Part shown: positions 12,401 through 24,400 of the stretch, piece after piece
Numbering within the stretch: position 1 is the first letter of the stretch
How the letters are laid out: every line of letters starts with the position of its first letter
Origin: Podarcis liolepis
Taxonomy: Eukaryota
Direction: 5' to 3' (one strand)
NCBI GenBank assembly: GCA_965112155.1
Contig: OZ218107.1
Length of the DNA stretch: 64,000 bases
Translations under genes and position numbers: made by a program
The notes under the pieces: generated by a model
Told to the model about the DNA's origin: nothing
Seen by the model: only the letters and a program-made list of their open reading frames with translations
The model's database searches: none

Positions 12401-15400
12401 ATCACCACCCTTACCTACTTGGGCTTCATATTTGTGTGTAATCTGCGTAACTTGCAAAATTTCAGACTCAATTAAAGTGAAATGTATTTGAACGCATTCC
12501 TATTTTTTTTGTTGCAATGTATTCAACATCCACACTAGAACTCAAAGGGTTAATAGCAGACCACCACAGATGCCAGGAAAACAATGACGCTCTAAAAAGC
12601 TACATTAGAGGAGATTGGCACCAATGGTACAATGCAAGCTTGGATTAATGAATGGCTAAGAATAAGTGAAGATGGCACATGACAAACATCACTTCATAGC
12701 TGACCTTTGGGCTGCTGGCCTCAAGTTTTAGTTGCATGAGTTGTGCTAATGTGTGTTCCCGGATACTACTCAGTTCGGCTTGCTGCCTTCTCAGCTTTAT
12801 AAGCAGCAGCGTGAGCTCCTCTGGCTGAAGGAGTATCGTATGAGAAGCCAAAGAGTGGAAAATAGGTTAATCATTATCTTGCACAAGACTTCAGATATAT
12901 ACTTGTGTTTGATAATGCTGGATATCATGCTACATCTAAACTGTGTGAACCTCTTCAAAATAAAAGGGAACCAACAATGTCTGCCAACAGAATACAACTA
13001 AACTAAGAGGAGGTGAAAAGAGCTTTAAAACCGCGAAGCTTCTGAAACTCATGGTAATAACTTCTACACACAAAGGCTAGCAATATTATGCGAAGGGAGG
13101 AGGAAAAATGCACCACGGTCACGAAATATAGAGGGTGGGTATACTCAAGTTTTCCTTGGTATGTTTTAAAAGAACTGGATAGCAACAGAAACTACAGTAT
13201 CTGAAACAAGGAAGAGTCTTGTAGCACCTGAGTAATTTATTCAAATGCTGGCCAAAGAAAAAAACAAAGAATGAAATATTAAAAACACACATACAACTTT
13301 TACTAAAAGTATGCATTGTAAAAATACACTGTCAAAGTTTGTAGATCCAAAACACAACACACTTTCTGTTTTTTTCTCCTTTAATGGAATCACAGCAGTT
13401 TTTTTGAGAGACTATTTCCCAAACACATCTAAGATTCTTCAACACAATTATACATGCTAGAACTTGAAGGTTGAATAGGAAGATCCAAATGCTTGAGAAT
13501 CAAGGAAGAATTAAACTACAGTAATACCATTAGCCCAAGCCAAATATATTCTGAGGGAACTCCATGCTACTGACCAAAAAGCCTGCACTCACACAAAGGA
13601 AGGAGACTACGGCACTTAAACCAAAGCAACTATTGTATAAATATATTTAATTTCTTAACTAATATAGGGTTTTATCCAATTGTGTCCATCTTCTGATGGA
13701 AGGCTTTTATCTGATCCACCAACACTTCTGTAGACTAAAAAGGGGCGAGCTTGATGTTCACAAAGCTCCCTTTCCTCCTGCAGCCCCCTCCCATGCCCCC
13801 TACCACACTAAGATCCCCCTAACCCTCTGGGGCAGTTTTTAAGGAAGCTCGGGGCTGAAGAGTGAATGGGAAATAAGCAAATAATAAAATAAAATAAAAT
13901 GTTGCCTCTGCTCACTTCCATTAATGGAAGCATCTGCTAGCTGAACTAAGGAGGCCTCCATCAGTGGAAGGACACAATTGGATGCAACCCAGAGTCAGTC
14001 CTCCATGTTGTTCTGATTTGTCTTGCTACTGATATCTGTAGCAGAGAGCCATCCTAGTTCTTGAAAGAAATTGCACAGGGATGGGGAATCTGTGGCCCTC
14101 CTGATGTTTAGCAGCTCCCATAAGTTCCAACCAGCATGGCCACTAGTCAAGGATGATGGGAAGTGGAGTCAACATCTGGAAGACCATGGGTTCCCCACTC
14201 CTTTCTTAGGAGTACACTTTTTATCTCATCCAAATTTAACACTTGACTAAATCTTCATAACTTATATGCGATCTTCCCAACCCCCAAAGCAGTCTCTCTT
14301 TGTTGTACAGGCTTTCCTTGGCTCCCACTCAACCTGCACTCTGACCTCAGCCTTCCATAGACAGCTCCTTCTACAATGACCATGTCTATTTAATTTTCTG
14401 AACAAAGCACCTTTGCAGTGGAACCCTTCACTGTAATTTATTCTTATGTATTCCTAATGCAGGGGTGGGAAACTGGTGGCATGTGGACCAGTCACAGTGG
14501 CTTTTCATTCAGCTCACCATCATTTTGCAGCAGTGGTGAACAAAGGACCGCATCCTGTAATTGGAGCATTCCTTACTTGCTTTGGGCATCCTACAAGCAG
14601 GGCCTGAGCACAAGAGCACTCTCTCCACCTGTGATTTTCAGGAATTAGTATTCAGAAGCATGCTGCCTCCAACTATGGAGGTAGAACAGATCTATCACAG
14701 TTAGTAGCTGCTGCTACCATTATCCTCCATGAATTTGTCTAATTGTCTTTTAAAGCTATCCAAGTTGGTGGCCATCACTGCTCTTTTGTGGAAGTGGATT
14801 CCCTAGGTTTAACTATGGTGATGCTCTGCCTACTTCTCTCTTCTGAAGCAAGTGCACAGTGAAGATCCTCACTAAAAGCAACACAAAGCAACTAAAACCA
14901 TTGACATTTGTACGTTGTTTGTATGTAAACGACATAAACAAAGCAATTTCTACTGAACAAAAGTATGAGTTGTGCGTCACTCAGCCCACTTTGGGCTCTG
15001 ACCCTACCCACCTCTGAATGCAACTTCCAATGTGATTCTCAGGCACAAATTTGTTTCCTAACTCTATCCTAATATATTAAGATAAAAAAATTCCTTCCAG
15101 TAGCACCTTAAAGACCAACTAAGTTAGTTCTTGGTATGAGCTTTCGTGTGCATGCACACTTCTTCAGATACCTGAAGAAGGTATCTGAAGAAGTGTGCAT
15201 GCACACGAAAGCTCATACCAAGAACTAACTTAGTTGGTCTTTAAGGTGCTACTGGAAGGAATTTTTTTATTTTGACTATGGCAGACCAACACGGCTACCT
15301 ATCTGTAACTAATATATTAAGGTAAAGGGACCCCTGACCATTAGCTCCAGTCGTGACTGACTCTGGGGTTGCGGCGCTCATCTTGCTTTATTGGCCGAGG

Positions 15401-18400
15401 GAGCCGGCGTACAGCTTCTGGGTCATGTGGCCAGCATGACTAAGCCGCTTCTGGTGAACCAGAGCAGCGCACGGAAACACCGTTTACCTTCCCGCTGGAG
15501 TGGTACCTACTTATCTATTCGCACTTTGACATGATTTTGAACTGCTAGGTTGGCAGGAGCAGAGACTGAGCAACGGGAGCTCACCCCGTCACGGGGATTC
15601 AAACCGCCGACCTTCTGATCAGCAAGTCCTAGGCTCTGTGGTTTAACCCACAGCACCACCCGCGTCCCAGATCCTAATATATTACTTGCTAGTAAATCCC
15701 AAAGATTCATGCCCTGAGTTCTTAACAGTTCCTGAAATCTGAGCTTAACTTATGATTCAGATACTGACACATATATCAGAAGCTCTCTCATAATGATAAA
15801 GAAACCAATTATGTAAAGCATCTTTTTTGTCATGAGATGTAAAATGGAGCGATTTGCTTTGCACATCCAGCTGTTCATGTGAAAGACCTAGGAGAGTTCT
15901 ATCACATGCACAAAAATGTTCTGAGCCATGGACTGTTCCATTTAGGTCATGGAAATGTTACACTACTCACGTGGAACATTCTTTAACATATAAAACGAGA
16001 GGTCAGGTCTATTATTCAGGCATCCACATCACTGGGGCCCCACAGAGTTCTTGAAGAGGGCTTCAACTGTGATGCTTTAGGTGAGCCACATAATCAGAAA
16101 TCCTGAATTATATATTACAAGTAATGAACTGAAAGTATTCCTTGGCTACAGCTATAGTTTTAGCAACTGGCAGTGTTAAATGAATTCCAGCAGAGGGAGC
16201 AAGAAATTTTCCTATATTCAAGAGCTAACAGGTTTCATAATGATTAACCCACACTCCCCTAATACAGTATATACTCATTAGTGTTTCACTTGGAAAAACA
16301 TTATTTACTAAGAAATGAGGGGGAAGAGAAATCGCCTGGAAGAAATTAAGGTTTCAGCTAGTAAAAGTGGTCATATTTGAGTTAAAGGTCTCTCAAAAAT
16401 GTTTGCTCAAATCTATAATCCCTCATCTAAACCTTAGGTATTGAATGGTAAAATACTTTTAATGATGTGAATAAAAATGTGCAATTAGTGGATGGATAGT
16501 TTCTTTTCATAAGACAGCACAATGTATAATAAACTGCCTGCAGCACCAAATTTCCTAGTTAACTGCGACTTCCATTCTGCAGCAATGAAAAGGTAATTGG
16601 TATTTCCCCTCCACAACTGAATTAACAACTTAATGGTAGGTCAATTTGTGAAATGAAGAACAATAAAACCGTAAATGTGCCTTGCTGTTGCTCTAGAGAT
16701 ATTTAAAATGAAATACTTACATGGCTCAAAAAGACAAATTATTCACAGATAGGAATTGCATAGTACAAATAGCATTTGAATTAAAAGGTTATCTGATTAC
16801 TCTTGCAAAATTTAATGCAGCATCCAAATAGATTTAAACTGTTTAGAAGGAAAACCTCGATTTAATGAAAAAACAAAGATGGAAACTGCATTTAACACAG
16901 ATTCTATAACTAGAGTAGTCACTGTGCTACGTGTTGTATTTTATAGGTTGTTCTTAAATAAAAAATGATGGGCTAAATATAAAAATGCCACTCACCGTTT
17001 TGCCTTGCAAGCTCTGGGGAGTAATAGGCTGTACACTCAGACCTGCTGGCATCGACCTTCTGTCAGGCACAAAGACATGCTGCTTTGGGGAAAAAACAAA
17101 ACCGTGCACATATAATTCGGGGTGCCTGTCAAAGCTTTTCAAACCAAAGGTTAAATGTTGTGTTTTAAGTATGGTTTTCCAAGTCAACTTAGGGTTTATG
17201 AAAGGTGTCTAAAGTGAAGGTTCTGGTTAATAACGTGCCAGCAGAAATACACTAAATCACCACACTTTCAGCTTGAACCTTGCAAATGTCAAAATGCCCT
17301 CGAAGGTCCAAAAAGCACCAACTACAACTAATAAGGTATTCCATTCACTAAAGTTTGTACCATTAAGTGCTCCTAATTACCGTATTTTTCGCTCTATAAC
17401 ACGCACCTGACCATAACACGCACATCGTTTTTAGAGGAGGAAAACAAGGGAAAAAATATTCTGAATGAAACAGTGGACGTATCATTTTTGTGATTCATGC
17501 TGTGGCCACAGACATGTGCTCTGATGGTGAATTTGGGGTGACCCAATGCAAAAATCCTGAGAATCCCTGTGGATCCATGCTTTGTAACCACGTTTTTGCA
17601 CCATTGCAGCCCCAGGCAACAGTGGGTGCGTGATTTTTTTTGGGGGGGACAGGCTGTAGCCATGGACATGCTATGTGCTCTGATGGTGAATTTTGGCTGA
17701 CCCAATGCAAAGATCCTGAGGATCCCTGTGGATCCATGCTTTGTAACCACGTTTTTGCACCATTGCAGCCCCAGGCAACAATGGGTGTGTGATTTTTTTT
17801 GGGGGGGACAGGCTGTAGCCATGGACATGCTGTGTGCTCTGATGGTGAATTTGGGGTGACCCAATGCAAAGATCCTGAGGATCCATGTGGATCCATGCTT
17901 TGTAACCACATTTTAAGTGGGGAGGGAAGGAAAAACACAGAAGGCTAAGAATGCAGGAGAGGGCTATAACGTGAGGAAAGGAAGGCAAAAGTTTTCCCCC
18001 ACCCACCCACACAAGCCAGCCACTGTTTAAGGATTTCATCCTTTTAAATGGAAGAAAGCATATTTGAATGCTGTGTGTCTCCAAAAACAAAAAGCAGGAA
18101 GTCAAATCAGAATTTTAAGCCGAACCTGTAATCTCTCTTCCCTTCACAAACATTGTTCCCTCCGGAGCAGGGACAGGATAGAGCGACGCTCTGCTTTCCT
18201 CTCTACTTGCCTGGAGGGGAGGGGCTTTCCCTGCTCTTTGTTCCATTTGAGCAAACACAGCAACGAAACAGAGCAGGGTGGGCAGTAAGACCCTGAGGCA
18301 GAATGCAGGGAAGCTGCCACTTCCTCTCTTCAGGCTTCCCTTCTCCCTGAAGCGCAGTTTGATTTTTGCCTTATTTTTCGGCTACAGGGACCACACATTC

Positions 18401-21400
18401 GCTGCATAACACGCACAGACATTTCCCCTTCCTTTTTAGGAGAAAAAATCTGCGTGTTATAGAGCGAAAAATACGGTAACTGCTTTTAAAAAAGACATTG
18501 AGTGCTCTCCTATAAGCCACTGCTATGTCCAGAAACTAAAGTAGGACATGTTTATACACATTCATGCACTGAATAAATGACATGTTTTGTCCTAATTCTT
18601 GGCACAGCTGCTTTTTTAGAAACAGGCACATACACAGCTCCTTTCCATCATATGTTCTTAAGACTCTCCTGTGATTTTAGAACAATATACAACACAATGC
18701 AGCCAGTAAGTGTGAAGCTGGGGGTAGAAAAATGTTGCACAAGGAAACAGTCTTAAGGGAAGCTTCTCAAATAGCAGTACTTTCAAGGATAAAGATGTTC
18801 AAGCACAAAATAAATACACTCCATATATGCAAAGAATGGTAAATGCACATAATATCTGCTCCTTGTCCTATTTGTACACATGGAAGAAGTGAATGGGAGA
18901 AGATAATGAAATGTTAAAACATTTGGGGCTATTTAGTTTAGGGGGGAAAAATGAGTCAGGAGGGGCATGATAGACAAAATTATGCATGGTATGGAAAGTT
19001 TTTCTCCCTTTCTCATAATATGAGTGTCTAAGGCCATCCAATGAAGCTGAATGTTGGAAGGCTGGAGCCAAATAAAAGAAAATACTTCTTCACACTGTGC
19101 ATAGTTAAACTATGGAATCTGCCACCACAAGAGGCAGCAATGGCCATAACCTTGGATAGCTTTAGAAGAGAATTAGACAAATTCATGTAGGAAAAGGCTA
19201 TCAATGAATAGTAGCCACAATGCCCATGTTTTTTCCCCTTCACTGTTCCAAGTAGTATGACCCTGAATGCCAGTTTCTGGAATCACAAGTGGGAGAGCAT
19301 TGTTGCACTTAGGTCCTACTTGCGGGTTTAGCATAGGCTTTTGGTTGGCCCCTGTGAGAATAGGAAGCTGGATTAGAAGGGCCTTTGGCCTGATCCAGCA
19401 AGGCTCTTATGCTAATGGTGAAGTGGTTGAATGGGTGGGACCTACACAACAGATGTGAAGTTCGTTATTTTATTTGTTTGTTGCATCTATATAGTGCACA
19501 TAAAACTTTGTTCTCTGGGCAGTTTACAAGCCCATTAAAAAAAAATATTAAGATGGTCCCATCACTGAAAAGGCCTTCTCCCTAGTGACTGCCTGCCCCG
19601 CTTCATTAGATGGGGCAATGTGAGAAAGGGCATCAAATGAAGATCTCAAGCAAGGACTTCTCAAGGGTCAGAGTTCTGTCACAGACATGCTAACTGCTCA
19701 GGTGAGGTGGGAGGCTTAGCTGGGTCCTTTCGACAAGCAGCTGTTTATTTGGGAACATCCCATGCCATTTTTCTAGAAAAAGAGGTGCCAAAACTCACAA
19801 TGAACATCTCCTTTGTTCTCTTATAATGGCAATGGCGCCCACCTGAGAGGTGCTAGAACTGAGTTCTGCCTGAAAAAAAGCCCCGGGAACATCTCATGTC
19901 AGATGAAGCATGTGAAACGGAACGACTTTATCTTTCAACCCACACTTATGATGTTCTACTCCCGTTAACTCCTAGTGCAATTTTCTCAATTATATGCTAG
20001 TTCTCTGTATCACAGAGAGAACTAGCATATAGATCAGAGCTAACTGGATGTTTTTAACCCGAAGCTTTATATTTGGTATTTCTTTTGTGAGCCGCCCAAT
20101 ATCAATACATGATGGAAAGACTAGTTCCAAGTTATACATTTTATAGCACATAGTAACTAAAGTAAAACAATAAAAGCATCTCACCTTTGTATGATGTGGC
20201 CTATGCCTGCGGTCAATTGTTACATCACCTCTTTGCACTGGTGAGGACACTTCTGATCTGTAGTTCCTCTGAGGTGAGTATCCTTGGAAACCTGCTATCG
20301 AACCATGGGAAGGTGATGTGGGAATCAAATGCATTGTTTGATCAGATATATTAATCATGGTTTTGGGACTACTTAAAGTACCGTGTCTAGTAAGCGTTGT
20401 TTGCTTATTGTAAAACTGCCGCTGCTGCCACTCATAGAGTTGCCACATGGTGTCGTCTCGCATAGATCTTCTTTTGTCTTCATTTGGCAGTGATCCAAGG
20501 GACTTGTCATAAATAGAGGGTGTCACACTGCAGAGGCTTTCCGGCCTGGTTTTGGTATTTCTTGGTAGAGTTCGATAACCTTCAGGATATCGAGGTACAA
20601 TTTGGGGTCGATGGCTTGGCATGTTTCTTGGCAATGTCTGATATGAAATTATGCTGAAACAAGAATCCTCCTTCAGTAACTCAAAATGTAAGTAGGCACC
20701 GGAATAAACAACATTTAGTTTTCTTCTCTAGTCTATCTTGAGGGTAACAAATAATTATTGTAACCCCCCCTTTTTTTTGCTAAGGCCACATCTGTTGTGG
20801 CTGAGCAGTCAAACTCTCAACAAGCCACTTGTTTTAAGTAATAGACTGTTTTTTAGTTGTATCATGGATTTATCGGTATCCAAGGAAAACCATCTATGCA
20901 CTCATCCCTGAAAGAGGTAGCTGAGATTCCCCTGGTGCCAAAGAGGGGATCGCCCACACAATAGTGGGAATAAGATGGGGGAACCCTATGAGCTCCTTGG
21001 AGAAAAGCTGGGTTACAGGCAGCAAAATACACAATTTCCCATATGTACGGTGAAAAGGAGTATTCACATTGTTGGGGACTCTGCAAATCCCATAGCTACT
21101 GGTCTAGGGGAAAATGATCAGTTCCATTGCCCTACTGCTTAGATGGAAACTAACGCTGCAGAAGCCATGATTCCTCATGGTGCTTCATACATAGGTATGC
21201 ATATATGTTTAAGGGAAACAATTGTTCTGGCAACCACAACAAGAAGAGGGAAGAAAAAAATGCAGAAATGCAGAGGCCTTATCTACCTGTAGTCAATCTA
21301 TGGAGGATGCAAAGCCATAAAAATGAGTTTTCTCCAGTTAAACATATGCAATGTCTGGCTTTGCTAATCTCTCCTAAGGTTTACCAGCTTCCTTCTATCT

Positions 21401-24400
21401 GCTTCCCCTTTTATACTATGGGCTACATTGCACATATCTTAGTTTTAAGGACAATTTTTTTCTTTCCCAGTATACAACTTAATAACCATGAAATCCTCCT
21501 TCAGAATTATGGTGTGGTGAACTAGTTTTATGGAACAGTTGGCCATCTGAGGCCAATACATGACCTGTTCAATTAATTATATATTTTCAAATTGGCCAAA
21601 AGCTCCAGTCCATTTGATTCATTTCCACCTTATTATAGCTTCATGCGAAGGCAGTGCACTGGGAATGCTTGCAGGTAAGTGTGTGGGGGGTGTGGGGGTG
21701 TGGAAAAAAAAACCTGAGGGTGACTAAGAATAGTTTTTGTGTGAGAGGAGTAAAACAAATTTCTGTGCTAGTTAGCAGCTTAGAGGGTGTCATGTTCTTT
21801 CATTCTAAGTCTCACACCTTGCTCCCATTGGTGGATCTTGGGATTCTAGTAAAACACAAAGTAGATTCCACAAGGCTGAACACTGCCTTCCCCTGCTGTA
21901 CAGCCCCAGGCATTTAAAGTGCTTTTAAGGGAGTTGTTTAGAACACTGAAAACTGAATTGAGGCTATGCAGAGGCAGGATAAAGACAGTTGCAATATTGC
22001 TATTATTTCTTAAAAGGGATGCATTATCTGCTACTTGCCTTGAGGCAACTGCTAATCACCATAGGCAACCAAGTGAGAGTGACAATTTGCAGGCTTAGAT
22101 AGGAGAGGGAGTACCTAATTTCTACTATTTATATTTGTGCTCCTGAATTTGACTTCCTTTCATTACATTGCCCTAAGTACTGTGCTTTAAAGGTTTAATA
22201 TCCTAGCAGTATGTTCAAAGAGAATGGAATTTATTTGTTCCAAAGCAGTAAATAATGACATAAGCCCCGCCGTCTCTCTTTTACAAATTAACTTCAAACA
22301 AAGCCATCATTTCTAAGTATATGACCTGTGTTAACAATTTCATCCATATTTAACTAACAATATGTTCTCCCTGATCAAGAGGATTTTGCTCCTGCCAGTT
22401 AATAATGTTTTGTAAATAGCTTCTGCTGTTATAAAACTCCTACAATGGAATGAGTTTGTTTGGGAATATAGCCAATGTAATGATACCATGACAAAACCTT
22501 TAAAAAGAATTCAAATTGGGATAGATTCATGGTTCCTATGCCTGTTTACATTGAAAACAAAACCATTTAATGCAAACATGTGATGAAATGTAAAATATTC
22601 CACTCCTACCCCTTCTTTCTGGGAATACTCGATTCATACTATTATATACCTTAAGTGGTACACATTTAGCACTGTGTCCTAGAATGAACATAATGTTTCT
22701 GATCACATAATCATGGTTTGGAGAATGGGACTGCGCTGTGCACTTGTGCTTTTCCTCCTTCCCCCTCACACATTAATTTACTTTTTCAAAGTCAACAATA
22801 GTGCAGAGTTATGCTTTTTATTCATAGATCCCAATTTTCCATGTATGGGTTGTCCCCCCCCCCCAAATGTCATTATCGAATTTTGTTTATATGCATGCAT
22901 ACCCTTCCTTAAGCTACGTATACTTTGCCATGTGTAACACATAAATTAAAACCCCACTAAAACTGGGAGGAAAACTTAACATGGTTACAGCTGGAGGAGG
23001 AAGCTGGGAGGTACAATAAAAATGTGTAAAATGGGTTAAGAAATACATTCTAAAAATCTCAGGGCACCTCTGTGCAGACTTAGTTTTATAAAAAAATTAA
23101 ATAGCCATAGCTCTATTTGAGTGACTATTGGATCCAGGATAAAGGATACCCATCACCATGTTAAAGAACATTAAGCCAACTAAGTTCCGACGTGCGGAGG
23201 TCAAAATAAAGCCAAATCAAGTAATATCCCAAGAAAATGACCAATATAACTCAAACTGTTGTCTTCTCCTCAGGTGCAATCGTAACTGAAGTTTGAAATC
23301 TCAAACACTTCTTAGCGCCTTTCATTACCTCATCAAAGTGATATTTCAAGTACAAGTCACATTTAAAGAAGTGGGGACAGGCAATGTTTTGCTTGACCTA
23401 TCACATGTGACTGCTCTTCCCAAAGCAAACAATGGAACCAGAGTCTTTGCTCAAGTTGGGAGCTGGGAGTTAGAGAAGAAGGTGGGATACTGTGGTGCCA
23501 CTTCTAGATACTCAAGTGGAATGCTGGAGTGCAATATTTTATAATAAAAAAACTGAGCAACGAGGACTAGGCACTGCTGTTCAGATTCCTGCCAAGGGTT
23601 TGCTGTCATGCAGAACCACAATTTCACATCTTAATACTACTTAGTGGTGTCAATCATTTAGTCACAGCATTAAAACTCTCTAAACAAGTATTGGAAATGC
23701 ACTGTTGGTATTGTAAAACTTCAACTTTTAACACATCTACAGTATAAAAAGACACATGCCTGCTTTGAACATTACGATCAGCCAAGCCATGACTTCACAC
23801 ATATGTGCATATTCTGGGGGAAGAAGTCTGCAGCTGTTTTGCTCATCCACGGTCGTTTTGCTGATGCATCAAACTGAGCCTAATTGAGTTTGTGGTTTAG
23901 GCTTCCCGTACAAACAATAAGCTGTAAACCATGGGATGAACCCTGGTTACAGTTCATACTTAATCCAGGCAGAAGTAAACCACAAGCCTCGGTCTTGATG
24001 GCACCCTAAGACAAACTATGGCCTAGATCAGTGTAGCTGAGGAACGAAGAAGCTGCAACCTTCCTTTCGGGAGTCTGCACATTTGTGCTTGGACTTCACT
24101 CAGTTTAGCATGATGTGTGAGCCAAGCCATTGCTTGTAATTTGAAAGAGACCTAATGACTGCATTTTGATGATCATATCTTGGCTTAATTAACAGAGTTA
24201 TGGAAAAAACCTTGTGCACCAACATACTGTCACACTACTCCTCCCTTCACAGGTGCTGGGAAACGAGTCAAGAATGATGGTTTTTGGCTTCTGAACAAGC
24301 AAGGGTATGAAACCATATTTTAAAGATGGCTTCTGAATTCTGGCTTATTTGGAACCCACTAACCATATTTCAGCTATAGCATGAAATTACAGATAACTGA

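Larger units (their letters stand above)
15082..15308. mobile_element. Truncated Penelope-like element with inverted pseudo-LTR arms
   Basis: Perfect 91-bp inverted repeat (15082-15172 / 15180-15270) with hammerhead cores; 13-bp duplication CTAATATATTAAG at 15069-15081 and 15309-15321. Confidence 0.8.

Noticed and set aside
17394-18105. 171, 147 and 144-aa repetitive ORFs
   Set aside because: Produced by the 159-bp tandem repeat inside a MITE.
19990-20184. Extension of the 214-aa ORF past ...HHTK
   Set aside because: Intron read-through after a strong AAG|gtgaga donor; no homology recognised.
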